A model generated the notes under the pieces. The model saw only the letters and a list, made by a program, of their open reading frames with translations, was not told the origin of the DNA and searched no databases. The translations under genes were made by a program, and so were the position numbers. A DNA stretch of 64,000 bases from an uncultured delta proteobacterium. Its GTDB lineage: Bacteria > Myxococcota_A > Polyangia > Polyangiales > Polyangiaceae. This document shows, piece by piece, positions 51,354 to 61,177 of this stretch. The stretch lies in assembly GCA_963696385.1 (NCBI GenBank), contig CAVOKF010000007.1, positions 864,001 to 928,000 on the forward strand, in the 5' to 3' direction. Numbering within the stretch: the stretch's first letter is position 1; each line of letters starts with the position of its first letter.

Positions 51354-51938
51354 ATGTTGGTTGTCCCTCAACGCGCCGAGATTCGACATCGGCCGCTCGA
51401 CACGCAACGACTTCTGCTTTCTCCGGTCGAGCCGGCGGACGCCTCAGACCTTTGGTTCGCCGTCGACTCGTCTCGTGCCCATTTGGAAAAATGGCTCCCA
51501 TGGGTGCCCTTCAACACCGATGTCGACGCCAGTTGGCGGTACTGCGAGGCGAGCGCGGGCGACTGGGACCACGCACGCGCCGCGCGCTTCACGATTCGCG
51601 AGCGAGCCACGCGCCGTTTCGTCGGGGTGGTGGGCCTCGAGTCGATCGCTCACCTGCATCAGAGCGCAGAGCTCGGTTACTGGTTGCGAGCCGACGTCAC
51701 GCGCCGCGGATACATGACCGAAGCCGCCCGCGTGGCCGTCGCCTGGGCCTTCAAGCGGCTCAGCGCGCACCGTGTGCGCGTCGCAGCCGCCACGGACAAC
51801 GTGGCTTCTCTGAATGTCATCCGAAAACTCGGTTTCCGTTTCGAGGGAATCGCGCGCGAAGCCGAGCGTTGCCAAGGTCGGTGGCTCGACCACGCGCTCT
51901 TTGCTCTCCTGGTGAGCGATGGGATGGGTACAAGCTAG
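51354..51938 (+). CDS. GNAT family N-acetyltransferase (RimJ/RimL type)
   Basis: HLEKWLPW, AELGYWL, RRGYMTEA, NVASLNVIRKLGFRFEG. Confidence 0.92.
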   Translation: MLVVPQRAEIRHRPLDTQRLLLSPVEPADASDLWFAVDSSRAHLEKWLPWVPFNTDVDASWRYCEASAGDWDHARAARFTIRERATRRFVGVVGLESIAHLHQSAELGYWLRADVTRRGYMTEAARVAVAWAFKRLSAHRVRVAAATDNVASLNVIRKLGFRFEGIAREAERCQGRWLDHALFALLVSDGMGTS

Positions 51939-51978
51939 GCTTGGGCTATCGGGACCCTTTGCGGATACGTCCCCATGC

Positions 51979-53205
51979 ATGCTTGGCATTCGGTTGCGTC
52001 GACGGCGAAGCACGGTTACGGTTGGGCTCCTGATTCGCATCCCCGGAGCCACCGCGAGTGCAGCGACGGCGGTGCTCGCGATGATGCTCTTCGGAGGTCG
52101 AAGCGCGCGCGCAGAGCCTCCGCAGTGGCACTTGGAGGTCGGGGGAGTCGATCCGCTGGGGGACCCTCAGGGGCATGAATACGGTTTGGGCACGAGCGGG
52201 CGATTCGCGCTCGAAGTCCCGGTGAGCCGCGCGTTCGGGCCCGAAGTCCAGGTGGGCGGGCTGTGGCTACCGCACACGAACGCGCCGGTGGATCCGTCGA
52301 TTGCCAACCACGGCGACGGCACGGCGCTGCTCGTGTCGGTCGGGGTCCGGGTTCGTCCATTCGCGGAAGTCGCGGGCCCGTGGGCCGATCTGAGCGCCGG
52401 ATACGTCAGGACCGGACCCCTCGATCGGCTCGGGGTCGACGTGAACATCGGTTACGACTGGCGCATCGGCAGAGGTCGCTGGGACCTCGGTCCGTACGTA
52501 GGTTACTTTCAGATTGTCCAGCCGGACGACACGCTGCGGCCCCAAGACGCTCGGATGCTGTCGGGCGGCATCCATGTGGCGCTTGGCGCTTCGCCGCGGC
52601 CCCGCATCGAGGTCTCGTACGTGGAGCCGCCCCCTGCTCCCCCGCCGCTGCCGCCGCCACCACCGCCGCCACCGCCGCCCGACCGAGACAACGACACCGT
52701 TCTCGATATCGACGACGCCTGTCCGGACGTGCCGGGAGTGCGCACCGACGATCCCAAAACGAACGGCTGCCCGCCCGCCGGCGATCAGGTTCACGTCGTC
52801 GAAGATCGAATCGAATACGACGACGTCATTCACTTCGACACGGACCAGGCGCACGTCCACCGCGCGTCGTGGCCGATCCTCGAACGGCTCGCCCATTTCA
52901 TCCATGCCAACCCCGATATCGAGCAGGTCGACATCACGGGGCACGCCGACGAACGCGGCGCAGAAGAGTACAACATTCGCCTCTCGAAAGACCGCGCTGA
53001 AGCCGTGAAGGCACTGCTCGTTCGGTTCGGGGTCGAGGACCAGCGGGTAACCACCGTCGGTTATGGCAATACCCGTCCCCGGGTCCCGGGCCATAGTGAA
53101 AACGAATGGCGACAGAATCGTCGGGTCGAGTTCATCATTACGAAGGTGAGAAACGTTCGGGGCGGCACGACCTCGTTGCCGCAAACACCAGGCGAACACC
53201 GGTGA
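51979..53205 (+). CDS. OmpA-family protein: N-terminal beta-barrel, poly-Pro linker, TSP3 repeat, peptidoglycan-binding domain
   Basis: DRDNDTVLDIDDACPDVPG, IHFDTD, GHADERG, LSKDRA, NRRVEF; start uncertain. Confidence 0.9.
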   Translation: MLGIRLRRRRSTVTVGLLIRIPGATASAATAVLAMMLFGGRSARAEPPQWHLEVGGVDPLGDPQGHEYGLGTSGRFALEVPVSRAFGPEVQVGGLWLPHTNAPVDPSIANHGDGTALLVSVGVRVRPFAEVAGPWADLSAGYVRTGPLDRLGVDVNIGYDWRIGRGRWDLGPYVGYFQIVQPDDTLRPQDARMLSGGIHVALGASPRPRIEVSYVEPPPAPPPLPPPPPPPPPPDRDNDTVLDIDDACPDVPGVRTDDPKTNGCPPAGDQVHVVEDRIEYDDVIHFDTDQAHVHRASWPILERLAHFIHANPDIEQVDITGHADERGAEEYNIRLSKDRAEAVKALLVRFGVEDQRVTTVGYGNTRPRVPGHSENEWRQNRRVEFIITKVRNVRGGTTSLPQTPGEHR

Positions 53206-54746
53206 CGGCGGTGGGACACGTGCGGGGTGGGTCGTTCGCGTTCGCGTGCATCGTCGCGGCGGCTCTTTTCGCGGTGGGATGCGGAACCAGCAACGCACTC
53301 GTGGGGGGATCCTGCGCGGCCGGATACGACCTGTGTGGCCTCCAATGCGTCGACCTCCAGACCGATCCTCGGCACTGCGGGGAGTGCGATTGGGCGTGCT
53401 CATCCGGCATTCCGTGCGCATGGGGCGAGTGCGCGACCGTGGCCGCGGACTCGTCGGTCGAGAACGGGGGCGATGGCAGCCCCTCCGAGGATGCTTCCGG
53501 TGAGAGTCCCGACGCACCGGAGGATGAATCGGCCTATTCCGAATCGTCGCCAAGCGATGCCTACGCGACGACCGCGGACGGGGCGGTCAACGACTCGCCG
53601 GAAGAAGGACTTGCCGGCGACGGCGGGCAAGACGGCTTTGCCCTCGATGCGTCGCTCGGGGACTCGAATGGGGATGCCCCGGCGAATGCCAGCGACGGAG
53701 CGTCGGTCGACGCAACGGCGACGGACGCCTCGACCGCAGAGGCCTCGGTCGACAGAACGGCGTCGGACGCCTCGACCGCAGAGGCCTCGGTCGACGCAAC
53801 CACGACGGACACTTCCACCGAGGACGCCCCAAGCCTCGACTCCGAAGCCTGCCTTCCGCCGTTCAACAGCCCCGCGCAGTGCGGCGATTGCACGACCGTG
53901 TGCGGCGGTGCCGCACCGGTATGTGCACCGCTCGATGGCACCTTCGGCTGCGTTTCATCCTGCGACGAATGGACCGCTTGCAATGGCTCGTGCGTCGACA
54001 CGACGACCGACCCGCTCAACTGCGGAGCTTGCGGCGTCGCCTGCGAGTCGCTGCTTTGTGCCGCTTCCCAATGCGTAGGGTCCACGCCCGGAGGCGTTGT
54101 CCTCATCGGGCACGACTACGCGACCACGCAGCCGGGAACGGCCCAGGCGCGGGTGCTGTCGAACGCGGTCTTCTTGGCGCAAAATAGCCCTTTGCACGTG
54201 CTCACCTACGAGCGTTACGCCGATCCTAGCGCAGCTGCGCACGTCGACGCGATCCTCAACGCGGCCGCGGCGCAATTCGGCCGGGCATTCTCGACGACCC
54301 ACACGAGCGCCGATTCGGACGTGACCGACACCCTCACGATCGAGAATTACGGAGTGCTGCTCGTCCCCGATCAAGTCAACGCTCTCGGGGAGGTGGATCT
54401 CGGCGCCCTGGGGGCGACTTGGGAGCCGACGCTGACGGCGTTCACGGGCTCAGGCGGGATCGTCGTGGTTCTCGACGGCGGAACGGGAGCCGCCCAGATG
54501 CCGGCGTTCGTGACCAGCGCGGGGTTGCTTAGCGTGACCGGCCAGGCCCCCCTGGCGGCGGGCACCAGCCTTGCCGTATTTGCCCCTACCGATGCCGTGA
54601 GTCTCGGCGTCGTGAGCCCGTACGCGGCCGGAGCCAACTCGGTCGCGCTGTCGACCGAGGCCAACGGAGGTCAGGTGATCTACGTCGTCGTGCCATCGTC
54701 GGACGGAGGTGCCGCGACACCGGTCGTCATCCGCAAAGTGCTCTGA
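53202..54746 (+). CDS. Cys-rich lipoprotein with STIG1-like repeats, acidic linker and C-terminal alpha/beta domain
   Basis: GTG overlapping the upstream stop; lipobox AVGC; CVDLQTDPRHCGEC and CVDTTTDPLNCGAC. Confidence 0.82.
   Translation: MTAVGHVRGGSFAFACIVAAALFAVGCGTSNALVGGSCAAGYDLCGLQCVDLQTDPRHCGECDWACSSGIPCAWGECATVAADSSVENGGDGSPSEDASGESPDAPEDESAYSESSPSDAYATTADGAVNDSPEEGLAGDGGQDGFALDASLGDSNGDAPANASDGASVDATATDASTAEASVDRTASDASTAEASVDATTTDTSTEDAPSLDSEACLPPFNSPAQCGDCTTVCGGAAPVCAPLDGTFGCVSSCDEWTACNGSCVDTTTDPLNCGACGVACESLLCAASQCVGSTPGGVVLIGHDYATTQPGTAQARVLSNAVFLAQNSPLHVLTYERYADPSAAAHVDAILNAAAAQFGRAFSTTHTSADSDVTDTLTIENYGVLLVPDQVNALGEVDLGALGATWEPTLTAFTGSGGIVVVLDGGTGAAQMPAFVTSAGLLSVTGQAPLAAGTSLAVFAPTDAVSLGVVSPYAAGANSVALSTEANGGQVIYVVVPSSDGGAATPVVIRKVL
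53703..53810 (+). repeat. 42-bp coding tandem repeat, about 2.5 copies (SVDxTAxDASTAEA)
   Basis: gacgcctcgaccgcagaggcctcggtcgac repeated at a 42-bp period. Confidence 0.85.
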
Positions 54747-54904
54747 AGCGATGGTCATCCGCCATGCGGCACCGTGCGATGGCAACACCGTGCGATCGCA
54801 GCAAGGAGGGGGTTTTGGAACCGATGGCGCAGAAGGTGGGCGACGAAGCCGTCGGTCCCCTCAAGTTTCGCGCCGCGCGGTCCGTATCCGTCAGCCGAAG
54901 TCCC

Positions 54905-55177
54905 ATGACACGTCAAATCTGTGTCGACTGCAGTGCATCGCCACCCGACATGGGCGACGGCCATACGACGCTTGCCAGCGCCAGCCCATCGTCCGGCTGG
55001 CGTCTGTCGAAAACGCAGGAACCGGACGGCACGAACTCCGTCGTGTGGCGTTGCCCCGAATGCTGGCTTGCCCACAGACCCCCGCGGATCGAGATTCCCC
55101 GCCCCTCGGCCTGGATGGCTCTCCGAAGGCGAAGCGCCCCCGTCTTGAAGTGGTTTGGGCTCCGACGCGAACCCTGA
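54905..55177 (+). CDS. Small putative zinc-binding protein
   Basis: Two CxxC pairs (CVDC and WRCPECW) flanking GWRL. Confidence 0.65.
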   Translation: MTRQICVDCSASPPDMGDGHTTLASASPSSGWRLSKTQEPDGTNSVVWRCPECWLAHRPPRIEIPRPSAWMALRRRSAPVLKWFGLRREP

Positions 55178-55185
55178 GACCGGGG

Positions 55186-55302
55186 TGCCCCCCCCTCGCG
55201 GCTGCCGTCGCGCTCGGGCACGGACGGGGCGCCGGATCTCGTGGGGGACGGCTGCCGCGGCGAGCATGTCCCCTCACGACGATCAGGCTTGCGGGGGGGG
55301 CA
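55186..55302. other. Nested inverted-repeat structure between convergent genes
   Basis: tgC8 pairs with G8ca; inner gatctcgtgggggac pairs with gtcccctcacgacgatc. Confidence 0.45.
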
Positions 55303-55322
55303 ACGGCGCGCAAGCGGGCGGG

Positions 55323-55736
55323 TCACGGCTCGTCGTCCACGTCGTCATCGCTCGGCGCGGGCGGCGCGGGCGGCCCGCCGTCGGCGTGCGCCCCCACGCG
55401 GGTCGCACACCGCGCCCACGCCCGGTCGTCGCAGGGAGGACCCCCGGACGCCATGCACGCCATGACGCGGTCCCCTTGCTTTTCGATGAAGCGGTCGAAG
55501 ACGAGGCGGCAGCCCCGGGCGCATTCATGGGCGCTGCAGGCCGGCGTTTGGGCGGCACATGCTTTCGCACACGTCCGCTCGACGCCCAACGGCGGGGATT
55601 GCACGTCGATCCCTCGGTCCCAAGGCGCGTAGTAGCCGTTGCAGCCATACGCCGACCCCATGAGCAAGACGAGCGCGGCCAAACCCGAGCGCGCAACGAC
55701 GGCGCGCCAAGCCGACGGTTCGGGCGACGCGCTCAT
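55323..55736 (-). CDS. Small Cys-rich lipoprotein
   Basis: ATG overlaps the upstream stop; lipobox AYGC; eight further Cys; acidic tail. Confidence 0.75.
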   Translation of the reverse strand: MSASPEPSAWRAVVARSGLAALVLLMGSAYGCNGYYAPWDRGIDVQSPPLGVERTCAKACAAQTPACSAHECARGCRLVFDRFIEKQGDRVMACMASGGPPCDDRAWARCATRVGAHADGGPPAPPAPSDDDVDDEP

Positions 55737-56770
55737 CCGCCCGTTCGCGCGAGCGCCCTCGCAATCATCCTCTCGAGCACGTCGGACCGTTGCGCACCGA
55801 CGAGCGATTCGCCGTCGATCCAAAGAGTCGGCAGCGCGGCCCCACGCGCCGCCTTGAACTCGGCTCGATCGGCCTCGATGCGCGCGTCGGTGCGCGGATC
55901 GACGATGCAAGCCCGGAACGACTCGAGGGACAAACCAATGCGCGCGGCAATCTCCTCGCAACCCGCCGGAGTGAGGTCGCCTACGGGCGCCGCGAACAGG
56001 GCATCGGCCATCGCATCGCCCTTGCCCAACATGTCGCCGCAACACGCCGAGCGGGCTGCGTCCAGGGCATGGGCGTGCATGCGCAGAGGCACCTGACGGC
56101 GCACGATCCGGACGCGACCGCGGTACTCGTCGAGGACGGGCCGCAGCGCCGCGTGCGTCATTCGACAGAACGGACACTCGAAATCGACGAAGTCGACGAT
56201 CGTCACCTCCCCGGCAGGGGTGCCGGCCATCTCCGCCCGGATCACACCCGGAACGCCCGGCTTCTTCGATCCCGTGACGAACGGAAGGACCCCGGCCGCC
56301 GCCAGCGCGAGCGCACCGACGCACGCCCACGCCGGCGGAGGCGCCGCGGCCGATCTTGCCTTGACCCATCTCCACGCGGAAGCGGCGCCGCATGCCACGC
56401 CGCTCGCATCCGCGATCGAGCAGTAGACGCAGAAATGGCCGAGCGCGATCTGCGCGGAGGCCAAGAGAACGCCGATGGCCGCCGCGACCGTCGAAAGCAC
56501 GGTCTGGCCGACCCGCGCCGTACGACCCGGCAGAAGCGACGCGACGCCGGTGGCGGCGAACCCAACGATTCCGAACAGCGGCGTGGGAACGCCGAACAGT
56601 GCCGCGAACGGCGTGTGCTTGAGGACATCGCAACCGGTCCCTTCGGCGCAAAAGACCGGCACGGGATTGCGGTAGTCGACCGCGAGCATGGCGCTCGCCG
56701 CGAGGCCGATCAGCGAGGGGATGAAGGACGCCGCGACCGCGAAGGCTCCGACCGTGCGATGCGATGGCAT
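55733..56770 (-). CDS. VKOR-DsbA/thioredoxin fusion (disulfide bond formation)
   Basis: VKOR loop Cys pair CAEGTGC, membrane CVYC, C-terminal DFECPFC DsbA-like domain. Confidence 0.9.
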   Translation of the reverse strand: MPSHRTVGAFAVAASFIPSLIGLAASAMLAVDYRNPVPVFCAEGTGCDVLKHTPFAALFGVPTPLFGIVGFAATGVASLLPGRTARVGQTVLSTVAAAIGVLLASAQIALGHFCVYCSIADASGVACGAASAWRWVKARSAAAPPPAWACVGALALAAAGVLPFVTGSKKPGVPGVIRAEMAGTPAGEVTIVDFVDFECPFCRMTHAALRPVLDEYRGRVRIVRRQVPLRMHAHALDAARSACCGDMLGKGDAMADALFAAPVGDLTPAGCEEIAARIGLSLESFRACIVDPRTDARIEADRAEFKAARGAALPTLWIDGESLVGAQRSDVLERMIARALARTGG

Positions 56771-56853
56771 TCTGAAGACGTTGCTATACCGGAATCGCCC
56801 GGCAATGGGATGCGTCAACCCTGCGCCCATCCATGCTACTGGTCGGCCGGCGT

Positions 56854-59247
56854 ATGGCCACGCAACCCCCGACCCGTGCCGAGATCCTCGAACTGCTTGG
56901 ATCCGAGCCACAACCGTTGCACGCCCGCGAAATTGCGATGCGGTTGCGCGTCTCGGACGTCGATTATCTCACGCTTCAGCGGTTGCTCGATGACCTGAGC
57001 CTCGAAGGGGTTCTGTCCGCCCGCCCCGGGCGACGGTTCAAGCTGACCGCTTCGAGCCACCGATCGCAGAGCTCGGAGCGCGAAGGGCTGCTGTCGGTTC
57101 ATCCGCGGGGATTCGGCTTCGTGGCAAGCCTGGGGACGGCGGGAGACGACGTCTTCATCCCACCCGACTCGATGGGCGGCGCCATGCACGGCGACCGCGT
57201 CCGGGTGCGCGTGCGATCCCGTGGCGCGCGCGGCGCCGAGGGCGAGGTCGTCGCCGTGCTCGGGCGCGGGATGAAACGCGTAGCCGGCACCCTGCGACGC
57301 AAAACCAAGAGCGCCTGGCTCGAACCGGACGATACCCGCATTCGCGGCCCCATCGTTCTGCCGCGCTCGCTCGACGCGAGCGGCCCAGAGGGCAACAGCG
57401 GCAACGACGGCGACGCCGTGATCGTTGCGATCACGCGATGGCCGGATTTCCCCGACGAGGCGCCCGAGGGGAGGATCGAAGTGGTACTCGGTCGACCCGG
57501 GGCGCTGTCGGTCGAGGCCGCGAAGATCCTGGCCCTCGAGAGAATCGACGAATCTCACACCGATCTGGCGATCTCCGAGGCCAATGCCTTCGGTGACGAC
57601 GTCCCCGAGCCTCTGAGGGTCGAGCGCGAAGACCTCCGACACATCCCGCTGCCGACGATCGACCCGGAGGACGCTCGCGATCACGACGACGCCGTGTGGG
57701 TCGAGCGAGCCGACGGTGGCTATCGCGCCTGGATCGCCATCGCCGACGTGAGTGCCTACGTGACGCCGGGCACGGCCATCGACGACGAAGCGAAGGCACG
57801 GGGATTCAGCATCTACCTTCCGGATCGGGCGATTCCGATGCTGCCGCGAGCCTTGTCGGCGGGTCTGTGTTCGCTCCTTCCCGACGTGGACCGGCTGTGT
57901 CTTTGCGTCGAAGTGCAACTCGACGACTCGGGACACGCGAAGTCGAGCCGCATCGTGCGCGGCGTCATGCGCTCGCAGGCGAAGCTCACGTACGGGGGAG
58001 TCGCCCGCGCGCTCGGCCTGTCGAGCGAAGCACAGAGGGAGCCGGCCGCCGACGCGCTGGTCGACGGCCTGCGCGTTGCGCACGAGCTCTCTCTCAAGCT
58101 GCGGGCGCAACGCATGCAGCGAGGCGCGCTCGACTTCGAGCTGCCCGAGGCCAAAGTCGTCCTGGACGAGCAGACGCGGGAGCCGATCGACGTCCAACGG
58201 CGGACCCAGGATCCGGGCGTCAAGAAAGCCTACCAGCTCATCGAAGAGCTCATGCTCCTCGCCAACGAAACGGTTGCCGTCTGGTGCCAACAGCGCGACC
58301 TGCCCACGATCTTTCGGGTACACGCCCCGCCCGACGAGGGCAAGCTCGAGCGCTTCGCGGCTTTGTGCGAATCGCTCGGGATCGACTTCGACCAAGAGGA
58401 CACACGAGACCCGAAGAAGATGAGCGCTCTGCTCAAGTCGTTCTCGCAGCATCCTCTCGCCCCCGTGCTCAACTCGCTCTTGCTCCGCTCGATGAAGCAA
58501 GCGACCTACGACGTAACGAATGTCGGCCATTTCGGGCTCGCGTCGGGCGCCTATTTGCATTTCACGTCGCCCATCCGGAGGTATCCCGATCTCGCCGTTC
58601 ATCGCGTGGTTCACGAGGCGCTCGCGCATCGGAGGCCGCGGCACGACGCCCGCGAGACGTTGGCCGCAGCCGCGCTGGCGTCGAGCATGGCCGAGCGCAG
58701 GGCCATGGAAGTCGAACGAGCGATCGTCGACCTCTACCGCACGTTCATGATGAAAGATCACCTGGGAGAGCCATTCGAGGGAACGGTCACGGGGATGGTG
58801 GGGTCGGGGTTGTTCGTCCAGCTCGACGCGCCGTTCGTCGATGTGCTCATTCGTCTCGAAGACCTCGGGCTCGATCACTGGGAAGTGGACGAGGAGGCCT
58901 TGCGCGTCGTTGCGACCCGATCGGGCGATGTCGTCGGGCTCGGGGACCGCGTGAAAATCGAAGTGATCGACGCGTCGATTCTGCGCAGGACCGTCTACGC
59001 CCGGCGCGTGAGCGACGGGGCGAACGCGGAGCCGCCGCGCAAGCCTCAGGGGCAGCGCTTCGACCCCAAGCCACGAAAGGACCGCGCACACCGTGCGACG
59101 AAGGGCGCGGGCCACGCGGGTGGAGGTCGGCATCGAGCCGAGTCGGCGCCTCGGCCGGGAGGAAAGAGCGCCGCCGCCCCGAAAACCCCGACTGCGAAAC
59201 CGGCGAAAAAGTCGTCCCGCAACGACCGCAGAGGGCGGCGGCGCTAA
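56854..59247 (+). CDS. rnr: Ribonuclease R
   Basis: HPRGFGFV, TIDPEDARDHDDA, IEELMLLANE, HFTSPIRRYPDL, S1 domain, basic tail. Confidence 0.93.
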   Translation: MATQPPTRAEILELLGSEPQPLHAREIAMRLRVSDVDYLTLQRLLDDLSLEGVLSARPGRRFKLTASSHRSQSSEREGLLSVHPRGFGFVASLGTAGDDVFIPPDSMGGAMHGDRVRVRVRSRGARGAEGEVVAVLGRGMKRVAGTLRRKTKSAWLEPDDTRIRGPIVLPRSLDASGPEGNSGNDGDAVIVAITRWPDFPDEAPEGRIEVVLGRPGALSVEAAKILALERIDESHTDLAISEANAFGDDVPEPLRVEREDLRHIPLPTIDPEDARDHDDAVWVERADGGYRAWIAIADVSAYVTPGTAIDDEAKARGFSIYLPDRAIPMLPRALSAGLCSLLPDVDRLCLCVEVQLDDSGHAKSSRIVRGVMRSQAKLTYGGVARALGLSSEAQREPAADALVDGLRVAHELSLKLRAQRMQRGALDFELPEAKVVLDEQTREPIDVQRRTQDPGVKKAYQLIEELMLLANETVAVWCQQRDLPTIFRVHAPPDEGKLERFAALCESLGIDFDQEDTRDPKKMSALLKSFSQHPLAPVLNSLLLRSMKQATYDVTNVGHFGLASGAYLHFTSPIRRYPDLAVHRVVHEALAHRRPRHDARETLAAAALASSMAERRAMEVERAIVDLYRTFMMKDHLGEPFEGTVTGMVGSGLFVQLDAPFVDVLIRLEDLGLDHWEVDEEALRVVATRSGDVVGLGDRVKIEVIDASILRRTVYARRVSDGANAEPPRKPQGQRFDPKPRKDRAHRATKGAGHAGGGRHRAESAPRPGGKSAAAPKTPTAKPAKKSSRNDRRGRRR

Positions 59248-59312
59248 CCGCACCGCCCCGGAGCAAAGGGGTCAGGTAGCTGCGCGGACCCGAGGGCCGG
59301 CGCGCCGCCGCG

Positions 59313-60276
59313 TCACAGCTGGATGTCGCGCCGTGGATCTTCGGCCTGGAACGCCGCGAGACGGTCGACGAGTTCGGCGACTTCGGTACCGCCACCGCTC
59401 GGAATTTGCACGAGGAAGTGGACGTACAGAATCCCCCGCATCCCGACCCTTCCGAGCAACCCCCTTGCCACGGAGGCGAACGACCTGCCCGCTCTGCGCC
59501 CGAGCCGGCACCTTCAACGTTACGGCGCCCTCGACCGTTGGCACGCGCACTTTCGCGCCGTGATAGGCCTCCGCGATCGTAATCGGCAGATCGACATGCA
59601 AGTCGTCGTTGTCGCGCCTGAAATGGGCGTGTGGCGTTACGTGCACGGTCAGCATCAAATCGCCGGGAGGACCGCCACTCGACGAAGGAGCGCCTTGGCC
59701 GGCGATTCGCACTCGGCTCCCGTCGCTCGCGCCGGGCGGAATTCGAACCGTAACCGGGGCGGCACCGTGGCCCTGCGTGTGGAGTTCGAGTGTCGTGCCG
59801 CGCAAGGCCGACGCGAAGTCGATCGTGATCTCGCTCTCGAGGTCATGGCCCTTGGCCGGTCCTCGCGCCTTGCGCGATCGACCCATCCAGTCGCCGAACA
59901 CCTCGCCAAAGCCGCCGGCGCCACCGGCGCCTCCGAAGAGATCTTCGAGGTCTACGGTTCCCCCCGAACCGCCCCGATGCGGCCCCGCGCCGCCACGCGG
60001 CTGACGGGCCGACCAATCGCGATAGGCGCGCACTCGGTCGGGGTCGAAGCCTTCGCGAAGCCCCTCTTCCCCGAACTCGTCGTAGAGCTTGCGCTTCTTC
60101 GGATCGCTCAGCACCTCGTAGGCGTGATTCACGTGTTTGAAACGCGCCTCCGCCTTTGCATTGCCGGGATTCTTGTCCGGATGAAGTTGCCCCGCCAGTT
60201 TGCGGTACGTCTTCTTGATGACGTCCGCTTCCGCGTTCTTCGGCACGCCGAGAACGGCGTAGAGGTCATCGGCCAT
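59313..60276 (-). CDS. DnaJ-class chaperone without zinc finger (CbpA/DnaJ2-like), +1 frameshift at about 59430
   Basis: HPDKNPG J-domain, G/F linker, C-terminal domain. Removing one base restores [12 protein letters not shown]...EDPRRDIQL* ending at 59313. Confidence 0.9.
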
Positions 60277-60390
60277 CGTCGCTCGCTTGGCGAGGGTAAA
60301 TCGCCCGAGCGCACATCGCAATGCGCTCGCGCCCAACGGGCATGAAAGCCCATCGGCGTCCTTTGGGCCGGAGCGCGGCGGGTCGGCCGC

Positions 60391-61101
60391 TCACCGGACG
60401 GCCAGAATTTCCTCCGCTCGCTCGACCGACAGGTAGAGACCTCGGGCGTAGAGCCGGCGACGATCGTGCGGGCCGATGTCCCCCGGACGTCCTTCCGTCG
60501 CGGCGTGCAGAAGGATCGCTGCGGTGACGCTCACGTTCAAGCTCTCCGCGAAACCACGCATGGGCACGGACACTCGGGCCTGGCAGGCGGCCTCCAGTTC
60601 GGTGCCGATGCCCTCGCGCTCGTTGCCGAGCACGAGCGCCAAGCGCGAATATCGCGCGAGCTGGTGCGGCTCGATCTCGCCGCCCGGATGGGCCGCCACC
60701 AGCGGCATTTCGGCCGCACGGGCCCATGCGATCACGAAGTGCGGCGACCCGTGACAGGTGACATCGACCCACTTGTCCGCGCCGCGTGCGACCGACGAGG
60801 CGACGGCGAACGGTACGCCGGGCCGCTCGACGACGTGAAGCTGCTGGATTCCAAACGCCTCGCACGAGCGGAGCACAGCGGCCCCATTGTGGGGATCGTA
60901 CGGTCGGTCGAACACTACGGCGACGCTTCCGAGCCGACGCGCGATCACGTCCAGAAGCCTCGCCCTGCGCAACTCGGTCACCATCGGCTCGAGGATCCGC
61001 GCGACGCGGTCGGGATCGTGAGCGTCCGCGCGGGCGATCCTCGCGTCGAGCGAATCGCTCGCACGGCAACTCGTCGTGACACCGGAAGTGGTGCGCCGCA
61101 T
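60391..61101 (-). CDS. trmH: TrmH/SpoU-family RNA 2'-O-methyltransferase
   Basis: DPHNGAAVLRSCEAFG, LGNEREG, VPMRGFAESLNVSV. Confidence 0.88.
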   Translation of the reverse strand: MRRTTSGVTTSCRASDSLDARIARADAHDPDRVARILEPMVTELRRARLLDVIARRLGSVAVVFDRPYDPHNGAAVLRSCEAFGIQQLHVVERPGVPFAVASSVARGADKWVDVTCHGSPHFVIAWARAAEMPLVAAHPGGEIEPHQLARYSRLALVLGNEREGIGTELEAACQARVSVPMRGFAESLNVSVTAAILLHAATEGRPGDIGPHDRRRLYARGLYLSVERAEEILAVR

Positions 61102-61177
61102 CGGACCGGTATAAACCCAAGTCATCGCGCGCGCTTCTGCCCGCGTTCCTCCCCGCCCTGCCGCGTCTCACACGGCC

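Noticed and set aside
56836..59253. Long antisense and alternate-frame ORFs (e.g. 805 aa opposite rnr, 925 aa at 26112-28889, 847 aa at 17800-20343)
   Set aside because: Shadow ORFs expected in high-GC coding DNA; Arg/Ala/Pro-rich with no motifs, and they overlap well-supported genes.
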